The notes under the pieces: generated by a model
Told to the model about the DNA's origin: nothing
Seen by the model: only the letters and a program-made list of their open reading frames with translations
Database searches by the model: none
Part shown: positions 30,167 through 39,689 of the stretch, in pieces
How the letters are laid out: the number at the start of each line of letters is the position of its first letter
Numbering within the stretch: the first letter of the stretch is position 1
Source of the DNA: an uncultured Gemmatimonadales bacterium
GTDB taxonomy: Bacteria; Gemmatimonadota; Gemmatimonadetes; Gemmatimonadales; Gemmatimonadaceae
Direction of reading: 5' to 3'
Length of the DNA stretch: 64,000 nucleotides
Assembly (NCBI GenBank): GCA_963707505.1
Contig: CAVPQB010000004.1
Span: 224,001-288,000, forward strand
Position numbers and translations under genes: made by a program

Positions 30167-31042
30167 GAGCCGACCGCGATGGGCGCGCGCACAGTGTTGC
30201 CCCATTCGGTCCACGATCCGTCATAGTTTCTGACGTTGGGATAGCCGAGGAGGTAGGTGAGGACGAACCAGGTATGCGCGGAGCGCTCGCCGATGCGGCA
30301 GTAGGTGATGATTTCGTCCGACGCTCCGAGGCCCTGCTCGCGCTCGTAGATCGCTGCGCAGATCCGCAGCCGACTTGAAGGTTGAATCGCTGTCGGCGGC
30401 TCGTGCCCACGGGACCGAGCGAGCGCCGGGAATGTGGCCGCCGCGGAGCGTTCCTTCCTGAGGATAGTCGGCCATGTGTGTGCGCTCGCCCGTGAATTCC
30501 TGAGGACTTCGTACGTCGACCAGCGGTTTCGCAGCTTTTGATTGTGCGAGCGCGTCGCCGGAGAATGCGCGAATCTTCTCGTCGGAGCGTGGTGGCGCGT
30601 CGTAGGAAGTGCGCGGGAACGACGGACGCTCGCTATTCATCGGACGGCCTTCAGCTTCCCACTTGGCGCGCCCACCATCCAGCAGCCGAATGTTCTCGAA
30701 GCCGAACAGCTTGAACACCCACAGCGCATACGCGGCCCACCAGTTGTTCTTGTCGCCGTAGAGCACGACGGTTTTCGACTCGTCGATCCCACGCGAGCGA
30801 AGCAGTTCCTGAAACTGTTCGCGGCTCACGTAGTCGCGAATCACGGAATCATTCAGATCGGTGTGCCAGTCGAGCTTCTGCGCGCCTGGAATGTGTGCGA
30901 CTTCGTACAGCAGCACATCTTCGTCACATTCGAGTATACGGATCGAATCATCACCAAGTCGTTCAGCGAGCCATTCGGTGCTCACGAGAGCTTCGGGATG
31001 CGCGTATCTCTTTGCAGCGATTACGGGGTCGACTTCACTCAT
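30163..31042 (-). CDS. Tandem-domain rhodanese/thiosulfate sulfurtransferase, frameshifts near the 3' end
   Basis: LVSTEWL, HIPGA, LLDGGR..W and GGHIPGA; shifted frames give YCRIGERSA and [12 protein letters not shown]. Confidence 0.9.
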
Positions 31043-31073
31043 AAAACATCAGTTTGTGAGGGGCGGTTATTAT

Positions 31074-31448
31074 ATGATGAATATGGCACCGTTACCAAGG
31101 CCAATGGAACCGTATTCGCGCCACATCATCATCTGCACCGGCGGCTATTGCTCACCGGAGCGCCGCGGCCGCTCGCTGTACACGCTGCTGGCATCGCTGC
31201 TTCAGCGCGAGGGATTGCTGTTCGGGCCGAATCGTGTGAAGCGGGGCGAGACTCCGTGTCTTGGAGTTTGCGAGGGCGGGCCGATAGCCGTCGTCTATCC
31301 TGAAGGTGTGTGGTACGCCGGCGTGACACCCGAGCTTCTCGAGCGAATAGTGGTCGAGCATCTCAAGGGCGGCCACGTTGTGGAAGAGGCCGTGTTCCAC
31401 CGCGTAACACCGGGTGGCGATACGACCGGTTTGCGTGGATCGCGTTGA
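31074..31448 (+). CDS. Thioredoxin-like [2Fe-2S] ferredoxin
   Basis: HIIICTGGYC...CLGVCEGGPIAVVYPEGVWY...IVVEHLKGG. Confidence 0.9.
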   Translation: MMNMAPLPRPMEPYSRHIIICTGGYCSPERRGRSLYTLLASLLQREGLLFGPNRVKRGETPCLGVCEGGPIAVVYPEGVWYAGVTPELLERIVVEHLKGGHVVEEAVFHRVTPGGDTTGLRGSR

Positions 31449-31522
31449 TGTAACACACATGGCACGCGCTCTGCCAATGACTGTGCTACATGAAATGCCG
31501 AGGTCGCGCGTCGCTCGCAGCA

Positions 31523-33271
31523 ATGCGATTCTGCGCTACCACACTACTTGTCTGCGCCACGATTCCACTAGCCGCATGCAATCGCAAGGCAAGCAGCGCG
31601 AGTAGCGCGGGTGGCGCCACAACTGCGCGCGGTACCGTCGACGTTGCGCGTGCCGATCGCGACCTGCGCACAGCGATGGCCGACAGCGCTGACTGGCCCG
31701 CTTACGGACGAGACTTCAGCAACCAGCGCTTCTCGCCACTCACCCAGATCAACACGCGCAACGTGGGCCAGCTTGCGCCTGCCTGGGTGTATCACACCGG
31801 AATTGTCTCCGGCTTCGAGACGAGTCCGGTAGTCGTTGGCGGCGTGATGTACATCTCGACGCCGCTCAATCACGTCGTCGCGCTGGACGCCGCCACGGGC
31901 GCAAAGAAGTGGGAGTACACCCACGAATACAGGACGACCGTTGACTGTTGTGGTCCGATCAATCGCGGCGTCACGGTTTACGGTGGTCGGGTTTACATGG
32001 GCACCGTCGACGCCCGACTGGTCGCACTCGACGCCGGCACTGGAAAGAAACTGTGGGACGTTCAGGTCGGTGATAACGAGAAAGGCTACCACATCACGTC
32101 GGCGCCGCTCGCGGTGGACGGCAAGATCATCACCGGAATCAGCTGCGGCGAGCAGGGCGGCCGTTGCTACGTCACGGCCTATGACGCAAGCACCGGAAAA
32201 TTGGTCTGGCGCTTCTACACGATTCCTTCTCCGGCGGAAGGTGGTTGGTGGGGAAAGTGGCGCACGACGGATGATTGGGGCTTGTCGTTCGGACGAGACA
32301 TCGCGAAGGAAAAGGCGGACAGCGCCAGCTATCCCGATTCATGGGAACGTGGCGGCGCGCCGATGTGGCACATACCGCTCGTCGACACAAAGCTTGGCCT
32401 CGTCTATCTGAACGTCGGCAACGCGGCACCGGATCTGGACGGCTCCGAGCGCCCGGGCGACAATCTGTATTCAGATTGCATGGTCGCGCTCGATCTCGAG
32501 ACCGGCAAGCTGCGCTGGTACTTCCAGGAAGTGTCGCACGACAGGTGGGATTACGATCTTGCATCGCCGCTCGTGATGCTCGACCTGAAGGATTCCAGCG
32601 GTGCGACGGTTCCCGCACTCGCGGAAGCCGGCAAGACGGGATTCGTGTACGTGGTGGACCGCAGGAACGGCAAGCCGATTCGCCGGAGCGACGCGTTCGT
32701 TCCGCACGAAAACTTCATGAAGTCGCCGACCGACAGTGGCATCATGATCCAACCGGCCACGCTCGGCGGATCTGACTGGTCGCCGCCGGCGTATTCGCCG
32801 CAGACAGGCTATCTCTACGTCGACGGGAACTACATCCCGATGCTGTACAAGCTGCATCACGAACAGCTGCAGCCACCCGCGCAGTACTGGGGCGGCGCGG
32901 TGCTGGTGCCGACAGTCGGCAGCTACGGGCTCTTCACCGCGATCGATCTGAACACGGGCAAAATCGCGTGGCAAACGCGCACCGCCAAACCGCTGATCAG
33001 CGGTGCCGTCGCGACGGCCGGCGGAATAGTGTTCACCGGCCTTACAGATCAGAAATTCGCAGCGTACGACGCTCGGAGTGGTGCGGAGCTGTGGCACTAT
33101 GCCACCAGGGCCGGAGTGAACGCGCCGCCCATCACGTACATGATCAACGGCCGTCAGTACGTCGCGGTCGCGGCCGGCGGAAATTTGCCGCTTAACAGCG
33201 TTCGTGGCGACGAGCTGTTGGTCTTCGCGCTTCCCACGGCAACGCGTATCGCAGGCGCGGCGTCCCAGTGA
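31523..33271 (+). CDS. PQQ-dependent alcohol dehydrogenase-like lipoprotein (copy 1)
   Basis: LAAC lipobox; WPAYGRD..NQRFSPLTQIN, ETSPVV, vicinal CC (DCCGPINRG), RPGDNLY, HDRWDYD and beta-propeller repeats. Confidence 0.92.
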   Translation: MRFCATTLLVCATIPLAACNRKASSASSAGGATTARGTVDVARADRDLRTAMADSADWPAYGRDFSNQRFSPLTQINTRNVGQLAPAWVYHTGIVSGFETSPVVVGGVMYISTPLNHVVALDAATGAKKWEYTHEYRTTVDCCGPINRGVTVYGGRVYMGTVDARLVALDAGTGKKLWDVQVGDNEKGYHITSAPLAVDGKIITGISCGEQGGRCYVTAYDASTGKLVWRFYTIPSPAEGGWWGKWRTTDDWGLSFGRDIAKEKADSASYPDSWERGGAPMWHIPLVDTKLGLVYLNVGNAAPDLDGSERPGDNLYSDCMVALDLETGKLRWYFQEVSHDRWDYDLASPLVMLDLKDSSGATVPALAEAGKTGFVYVVDRRNGKPIRRSDAFVPHENFMKSPTDSGIMIQPATLGGSDWSPPAYSPQTGYLYVDGNYIPMLYKLHHEQLQPPAQYWGGAVLVPTVGSYGLFTAIDLNTGKIAWQTRTAKPLISGAVATAGGIVFTGLTDQKFAAYDARSGAELWHYATRAGVNAPPITYMINGRQYVAVAAGGNLPLNSVRGDELLVFALPTATRIAGAASQ

Positions 33272-33858
33272 ATACCGCTGCGCGCATAGTCGCCATCGTC
33301 ACCGTAGCCGCATCCGCGTTGGTCATTGCGCCGCCCACGGCTCATGCGCAGGAAGGCCGCCCCCAGGTCGCACGCCAGCCAGCCAAGAAAACGAGCGGGA
33401 AGATCGAAACGAACGAAGATCTCCAACCAACGGTTCTGCCACCGCTCCCGCCAGGAATGACGCTCGACATGATTCGCGCCGGAGACCAGCTCTTCCACAC
33501 GAAAGCCGGCTGCTTCGTCTGTCACGGATCCGAGGGACAGGGAATGCCGGCCGCTGGTGATGCAATAACAAATTCCCTATCCTACGTGCAGCACGATTGG
33601 CGGCAGATAGACTCGCTCATCACCGCTGGCCTTCCCGATGCATACACGCGAAGTCCGATCGCGATGCCGCCGCGCGGAGCGCGGAGCGACCTCAGCGATG
33701 CCGAGATCCAGCGCATTGCCGCTTACGTGTGGGCGATAAGCGCGGTCAGGGGTGAGCCATGGCCAGGCGGTCATGCGAACCACGATTCGGTAAGCAGTGT
33801 TGCAGCGCCGTCGGGCACCGTACCCAGGCCGGCGCCGCGCAAGTCCAAACTGCCATGA
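33268..33858 (+). CDS. Monoheme cytochrome c (copy 1)
   Basis: Signal peptide; CFVCH; MPPRG axial Met; IAAYVWAIS. Confidence 0.9.
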   Translation: MNTAARIVAIVTVAASALVIAPPTAHAQEGRPQVARQPAKKTSGKIETNEDLQPTVLPPLPPGMTLDMIRAGDQLFHTKAGCFVCHGSEGQGMPAAGDAITNSLSYVQHDWRQIDSLITAGLPDAYTRSPIAMPPRGARSDLSDAEIQRIAAYVWAISAVRGEPWPGGHANHDSVSSVAAPSGTVPRPAPRKSKLP

Positions 33859-33906
33859 GCTGGTCGCGCCACGGGTCAGCTTTCGATTTCGACGCTGAAA
33901 TCAGCG

Positions 33907-35628
33907 TTGAGATCGCCATTGTCCGCGACAGCCCTCTGCATCGCCACCGGAGTTTCGATTGCGTGCGACAACGTCGCGAGTGCGCGCCGCGCGGATCGCA
34001 TCGACATCTCGGCTGCCAACGCCAGGCTGACGAAGGACATGCGCGACGCCGCCACGTGGCCGTCGTTCGGGCGCGATTACACCAACGATCGCTACTCGCC
34101 GCTGTCGCAAGTCAATACCGGTAACGTCAGCGGTCTTCAGCTTGCATGGACATACCACACGGGTATCACGCAGGGATTCGAAACTTCGCCCGTCGTGAGC
34201 GGTGGAGTGGTGTACATCTCGACGTCGCTGGGACATGTGGTCGCACTCGACGCGCGGACGGGGCGCCGCCTCTGGGAACACGTTGAGACAACTGGCCGCA
34301 CGATCCATTGCTGCGGCGTGATAAATCGCGGTGTCGCGCTGTACGGCGGACGCATATACATGTCGACGCTGGACGCGCGACTCGTCGCGCTCGACGCCCG
34401 CACCGGCAACGCAATCTGGACTGCCCGGGTCGGCGACAACACGCAGGGCTACAGCCTCACCGCCGCGCCGCTCGCCGTCGACGGGAAGATCATCATCGGG
34501 ATCAGTGGCGGCGAGTATGGCATCCGCGGCTACGTGAGCGCGTACGACCCCGCGACCGGCAAGATGTTATGGCGCTGGTACACGATTCCGTCACCGAGTG
34601 ACGGCGGGTGGTGGGGAAAGTGGAATACCGCAGATCCGTTCGGCACTCCATTCAATCGCGACATCGCCGGTGAGAAGCGTGACTCGGCGAAATACGCCGA
34701 TGCATGGAAGACTGGCGGCGCGCCGATGTGGCAGACTCCGGCATACGACACCGCAACGCACACGCTCATCTTCTCGACAGGGAACCCGTCACCCGATGTG
34801 GACGGAAGCATGCGGCCGGGCGACAACCTCTACGCCAACAGCATCGTCGGTCTCGATGTCCGTACGGGCAGGATCAGGTGGTACATGCAGGAGGTCTCGC
34901 ACGACGTTTGGGATTTCGATGCGGCCAGCCCCGTAATGCTCTTCGACACAAAAGACGCGAGCGGGCAGACCGTTCCGGCCGCCGCCGAAGCAGGCAAGAC
35001 CGGTTGGCTTTATGTGGTCGATCGAAGGAACGGTCATCCGATTCGCAAGTCGCAGGAGTTCACTCCGCACACCAACATGTTCACGCAGCCAATGCCGCAG
35101 GGCATCAAGCAGAAGGCCGGAGCGTTTGGTGGATCGGAGTGGTCGCCGGCTGCATACTCACCGCAAACTGGTTATGCGTACGTGCTCGGCCTGGATCTCG
35201 CCATCGAGTACAAGGTCCGACATGAGGATCGTGATCCCGGCGCGTGGTGGGTTGGTGGCGCGTACTATGGCGCGACCGCGAAACCAGCGGGAACGTTCAC
35301 GGCTATCGACGTCAACACCGGCAACGTTGCGTGGCAGGCAAAATTCGACAAGCCCATGATCGGCGGCGCACTCGCAACGGCCGGCGGCCTCGTATTTACC
35401 GGGACCTCGGATAAACGATTCGTCGCATTCGACGCGCGCACCGGACAGACGTTGTGGCAGTACAACGCGAGCGCGGGCGTCAACGCGCCACCCGTCAGCT
35501 ACGCCATCGGCGATACACAGTTTGTCGCCGTCGCAGCAGGCGGAAACTGGATCGTCGACAGCCCACGTGGCGACGCCCTGCTCGTCTTCCGGCTCGGTGC
35601 GGCTCCGGCGGCCAGAGGCGGGCGATGA
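33907..35628 (+). CDS. PQQ-dependent alcohol dehydrogenase-like lipoprotein (copy 2)
   Basis: SIAC lipobox-like motif; WPSFGRD, HCCGVINRG, SGGEYGIRG, RPGDNLY and HDVWDFD; colinear with copy 1. Confidence 0.92.
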   Translation: MRSPLSATALCIATGVSIACDNVASARRADRIDISAANARLTKDMRDAATWPSFGRDYTNDRYSPLSQVNTGNVSGLQLAWTYHTGITQGFETSPVVSGGVVYISTSLGHVVALDARTGRRLWEHVETTGRTIHCCGVINRGVALYGGRIYMSTLDARLVALDARTGNAIWTARVGDNTQGYSLTAAPLAVDGKIIIGISGGEYGIRGYVSAYDPATGKMLWRWYTIPSPSDGGWWGKWNTADPFGTPFNRDIAGEKRDSAKYADAWKTGGAPMWQTPAYDTATHTLIFSTGNPSPDVDGSMRPGDNLYANSIVGLDVRTGRIRWYMQEVSHDVWDFDAASPVMLFDTKDASGQTVPAAAEAGKTGWLYVVDRRNGHPIRKSQEFTPHTNMFTQPMPQGIKQKAGAFGGSEWSPAAYSPQTGYAYVLGLDLAIEYKVRHEDRDPGAWWVGGAYYGATAKPAGTFTAIDVNTGNVAWQAKFDKPMIGGALATAGGLVFTGTSDKRFVAFDARTGQTLWQYNASAGVNAPPVSYAIGDTQFVAVAAGGNWIVDSPRGDALLVFRLGAAPAARGGR

Positions 35629-36239
35629 AGCTCGCTCAGCTCGGCGTCCTCGCGATTGTGATAATCGCGCTGATCCTGCTCGTCGCGCTCGCGCGCACCG
35701 GCGGTCCCAGGCAGGACCCCGCGTTCTTCGCGTACGGAAACCAGACTCGCGTGGTCGCTCTTCCGGCACAGGGTCGCAACAGGCTGACGACCGCACGTGT
35801 GCTCGATCACGACGATGACACGCAGCCGGACACGCTTCCAACACTTCCGTCGCGCATGACCCTGAGCATGATCGTCGACGGTGATGCGATCTATCACCGC
35901 GAAGGCGGCTGCTTCCTGTGCCACGGTGAAGAAGGCACTGGCGTGCAGCAGCGTGGCTCCGCGATTACAAACGCGGTTCTCAAGGTCCCCGTCGCAGACT
36001 CTGGTGGTTGGGACGCACTCGATTCGTTGATACTAAACGGCGTTCCCGAATCGGTCACACGCTCCTCCATCGGAATGCCGCCGCGTGGGATCCACTCCTC
36101 CCTCAACACCGATGAGAGCCGCCGCGTTGCAGCGTACGTGTGGGCGATATCGCAAACTCGCGGCGAGCCATGGCCCGGTGGACACACGAGTCATTCGAGC
36201 TCCAGTTTCGTCACCATTGCCAGAACTACCGGCCCATGA
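35625..36239 (+). CDS. Membrane-anchored monoheme cytochrome c (copy 2)
   Basis: N-terminal TM; CFLCH; MPPRG; VAAYVWAIS..RGEPWPGGH shared with copy 1. Confidence 0.9.
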   Translation: MKLAQLGVLAIVIIALILLVALARTGGPRQDPAFFAYGNQTRVVALPAQGRNRLTTARVLDHDDDTQPDTLPTLPSRMTLSMIVDGDAIYHREGGCFLCHGEEGTGVQQRGSAITNAVLKVPVADSGGWDALDSLILNGVPESVTRSSIGMPPRGIHSSLNTDESRRVAAYVWAISQTRGEPWPGGHTSHSSSSFVTIARTTGP

Positions 36240-37183
36240 ACGAGCTACCCGGCGGAATACCGAACATGCTCGCGCCGCGTGGGATCGCGGCGCAACATCT
36301 GGCGACGCTCGGATGGGTCCTGATCGTCATCTCCATCATCGTGCTCATCCTCGTTCTGATAGCGCTGCTCGCGCCACTCGGACGCAACCGGGAGCGCGCA
36401 GTGGACCACGAACGCGGGTACAACGCGCGCGAGCACAGTTTCGTCCTGGCGGTCGGCGCAGCAATCCCGGCATTGATACTGCTCGGTGTGTATTTGTACT
36501 CGATGAAGGACATCGGCCTGTGGGAGTTTGGCAGCCACTCCACTGCCGACGTCGAGGTGATAGGGCATCAGTTCTGGTGGGAAGTGCGCTATCCCAAACT
36601 CGGTATCCACACCGCCAATGAGATCTACATTCCGTCCGGTACACGCGTGAGGATCGCGTTGATGTCGTCCGATGTCATTCACTCGTTCTGGGTGCCGCAG
36701 CTGCACGGAAAGCTCGATCTCATTCCTGGACGCGTGAACCGCTTTTGGATCGAAGCTGACAGCGCAGGACAGTATCGCGGCGAATGCGCGGAGTTCTGCG
36801 GTCCACAACACGCGCACATGGACTTCACCGTAGTCGCCGTGCCGAAAGGTGAATTCTCGCGCTGGGCGGCGGACCAACAGAAACCTGCCGCGCCACCGGC
36901 AGATCCCGCCGCCGTGGAAGGACGACGCGCGTTCCAGTTTGCCGGATGCGCATACTGTCACACGGTCGACGGCAACGGCGCCGCGGGACGCGTTGGCCCG
37001 GATCTCACGCACTTCGCCAGCCGACTCACCATCGGTGCCGGCATGATGCCGAACACACGCGGCGATCTTGCTGGCTGGGTGGTTGGAGCACAGCACCTCA
37101 AGCCCGGAATCCGCATGCCGGACGTCACCATGTCGGGCGAGGAGCTGCAGGCGGTACTCGCGTATCTCGAAGGACTGAGGTAG
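36236..37183 (+). CDS. ctaC: Cytochrome c oxidase subunit II with fused cytochrome c (caa3-type)
   Basis: GHQFWWEVRY, DVIHSFWVP, CuA motif CAEFCGPQHAHM, C-terminal CAYCH and GPDL. Confidence 0.93.
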   Translation: MNELPGGIPNMLAPRGIAAQHLATLGWVLIVISIIVLILVLIALLAPLGRNRERAVDHERGYNAREHSFVLAVGAAIPALILLGVYLYSMKDIGLWEFGSHSTADVEVIGHQFWWEVRYPKLGIHTANEIYIPSGTRVRIALMSSDVIHSFWVPQLHGKLDLIPGRVNRFWIEADSAGQYRGECAEFCGPQHAHMDFTVVAVPKGEFSRWAADQQKPAAPPADPAAVEGRRAFQFAGCAYCHTVDGNGAAGRVGPDLTHFASRLTIGAGMMPNTRGDLAGWVVGAQHLKPGIRMPDVTMSGEELQAVLAYLEGLR

Positions 37184-37191
37184 GAGAAACA

Positions 37192-39099
37192 ATGGGAGTC
37201 ACCGCATCGCTGGATGAGAGACTCGGTTTCCTGTGGGAAACGCCGCGCACGTTCATGGGTGCGTTGACGACCGTGGATCACAAGACTCTCGGCAAGCGCT
37301 ACCTCATAACCGCGTTCGTCTTTCTCTGCCTCGGTGGAATCGAAGCGGCGATGATGCGCGCGCAGCTCGCGCGGCCGGGCGAGCATCTGCTCTCACCGGA
37401 AGCGTACAATCAGCTCTTCAGCATGCACGGGACGACGATGATGTTCCTGTATGCCGCACCGGTACTCTCCGGCTTCAGCAACTACTTCGTTCCGCTCCTC
37501 GTTGGGTCGCGCGACCTCGCGTACCCTCGCCTCAATGCGTTCAGCTACTGGATATTTCTGTTCGCCGGAATCTTTCTCTACTCCAGCTTTCTCGTTGGCG
37601 CGGCGCCGAATGGTGGATGGTTCAACTATGTCCCGCTCACCACACGGCCATTCGATCCCGGCATCAACATCGATTTCTACAATATCGCGCTGATCTTTCT
37701 CTCGGTATCGACCACAGTCGGTGCAATCAATTTCATCGTGACGATCCTGCGCATGCGGGCGCCGGGGATGACGCTGGGCCGCATGCCGATCTATCTGTGG
37801 AGCACACTCAGCATCTCCGTCGTCATTCTCTTTTCCCTCCCAGCGCTCACCGGTGCGTGCCTCATGCTGGAGCTGGATCGCCGGCTCGGCACACACTTCT
37901 TTGATCCCAGTGGCGGCGGAAGCTCGCTCTTGTGGCAACACCTTTTCTGGGCGTTCGGCCACCCGTGGGTGTATGTAGTCGTTCTGCCCGGCTTCGGAAT
38001 TGTATCGATGGCGTTGCCCGTGTTCGTGCGCAGGCCGCTCGCCGCTTTCGAGTACGTCGCCATGTCCACTGTAGCCATCGCGATAATCGGCTTCGGCGTC
38101 TGGGCGCACCACATGTTCGCCGTGGGGCTTCCAACCGTCGGTATGGGATTCTTCAGCGCAGCGAGCATGATAATCGTTCTGCCCAGCGGAGTATCCGTAA
38201 CCGCATGGTTACTTACTTCCTGGACCGGAAGACCGGTCTACACCACGAGCTACCTGTTCATCCTCGGCTTTCTCGTGATCTTCGTGATCGGCGGCCTCAG
38301 TGGCGTCATAACCGGCATCGTGCCGTTCGACTGGCAGATCCACGACACCTACTTCGTGGTCGCACATCTGCATTACGTGTTGATCGGCGCGAACCTGTTC
38401 CCCGTCATTGCCGGCGTCTACTACTGGTTTCCAAAGATGACCGGCCGCCTCATGAGCGAGCGCATCGGCAAGTGGAGCTTCTGGTTGATGTTCATCGGCT
38501 TCAACATCGGCTTCTTCCCGATGCACATTGCGGGAATTCTCGGGATGCCGCGCCGGGTGTACACGTATTACGAAGGAATGGGCCTCGACACCGTCAACAT
38601 GGTGGAGACGATCGGCTCGTACATCTTCGCCGTCGGTGTGCTCGTCTTCATCATCAACGTGATCCTGAGCGCGCGCCGCGGTCCGCTGAGCGGACGTGAT
38701 CCGTGGAACGGTGCCACACTGGAATGGTCCGTTCCGTCGCCGCCACCGCCGTACAACTTCGAAGTGCTTCCGATAGTCACCACGCGCGATCCGATGTGGG
38801 ATGAGCCGCTCGAGAACATCCGCGGTGGTCAAAACGATCCCTCGCGCACTCTTACCAGCGGCCGCGAGACACTCACCACGACTGTGATGCACGCCCGTCC
38901 CGTGGGAATTCTACACATGGCCGAAGATTCGATCTGGCCACTGCTGCTTGCGCTGTCGCTCACGATTCTGGCTTACTCGTCGCTGCTCGACGTGACGATC
39001 GTTTCGATAATCGCCGGCATCGCCGCGCTGTTGTCGATCGGCGGCTGGTTCTGGCCCGAGCCGCTGCGTGACCGCGAGGAAGGGCGGGCGACGCCATGA
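37192..39099 (+). CDS. ctaD: Heme-copper oxidase subunit I with non-canonical proton-channel residues
   Basis: DHK, FSMHGTTM, GHPWVY, WAHHMF, HDTYFVVAHLHY and GMPRR; AGGAG RBS. Confidence 0.95.
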   Translation: MGVTASLDERLGFLWETPRTFMGALTTVDHKTLGKRYLITAFVFLCLGGIEAAMMRAQLARPGEHLLSPEAYNQLFSMHGTTMMFLYAAPVLSGFSNYFVPLLVGSRDLAYPRLNAFSYWIFLFAGIFLYSSFLVGAAPNGGWFNYVPLTTRPFDPGINIDFYNIALIFLSVSTTVGAINFIVTILRMRAPGMTLGRMPIYLWSTLSISVVILFSLPALTGACLMLELDRRLGTHFFDPSGGGSSLLWQHLFWAFGHPWVYVVVLPGFGIVSMALPVFVRRPLAAFEYVAMSTVAIAIIGFGVWAHHMFAVGLPTVGMGFFSAASMIIVLPSGVSVTAWLLTSWTGRPVYTTSYLFILGFLVIFVIGGLSGVITGIVPFDWQIHDTYFVVAHLHYVLIGANLFPVIAGVYYWFPKMTGRLMSERIGKWSFWLMFIGFNIGFFPMHIAGILGMPRRVYTYYEGMGLDTVNMVETIGSYIFAVGVLVFIINVILSARRGPLSGRDPWNGATLEWSVPSPPPPYNFEVLPIVTTRDPMWDEPLENIRGGQNDPSRTLTSGRETLTTTVMHARPVGILHMAEDSIWPLLLALSLTILAYSSLLDVTIVSIIAGIAALLSIGGWFWPEPLRDREEGRATP

Positions 39100-39689
39100 C
39101 AGCTCCCGAATCCATTCCGGCACCCACCGGCGGAGGCCCACTCGATCGCCACGATCTTTCGTGGTGGGGCATGGTGCTGTTCATTGCAACCGAGGCAACG
39201 CTGTTCGTTTATCTCATCGCGAGCTACTTCTACGTAGGTGGTTCGGCGACCACGTGGCCACCGCTCATCCCCGGCATACAGATAACCGGGATCAACACGA
39301 TTCTCCTGCTGTTGAGCAGTGGCTCGGCGATCATCGCGGACCGCTCGGTGAAACGCGGCCGAATCGGTGCACTGCAGGCTTGGCTCATCGTCACGATCGT
39401 ACTCGGCGCGGTATTCCTCACGTTGCAGATGCATGAATACACAACGCTCGAGTTTCACCCGCAAACCGACGCATACGGCTCGTTCTTCTATCTGATAACC
39501 GGTCTGCACGGTGCGCACGTTGCCGCTGGGCTCATCATGCTCGTGTACGTCCTGGTGCGCGCGCTCGCGGGTCACTTTGATGCCGTCCGAAATTCCGCGG
39601 CGAGAAATGCGATCCTCTACTGGCACTTCGTGGATGTGGTGTGGCTTGTAGTGTTCACCTCGCTGTATCTACTACCGAGGCTCCGGTGA
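39096..39689 (+). CDS. ctaE: Cytochrome c oxidase subunit III
   Basis: WWGMVLFIATE, NTILLLLSS, FYLITGLHGAHV and YWHFVDVVW. Confidence 0.93.
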   Translation: MTAPESIPAPTGGGPLDRHDLSWWGMVLFIATEATLFVYLIASYFYVGGSATTWPPLIPGIQITGINTILLLLSSGSAIIADRSVKRGRIGALQAWLIVTIVLGAVFLTLQMHEYTTLEFHPQTDAYGSFFYLITGLHGAHVAAGLIMLVYVLVRALAGHFDAVRNSAARNAILYWHFVDVVWLVVFTSLYLLPRLR

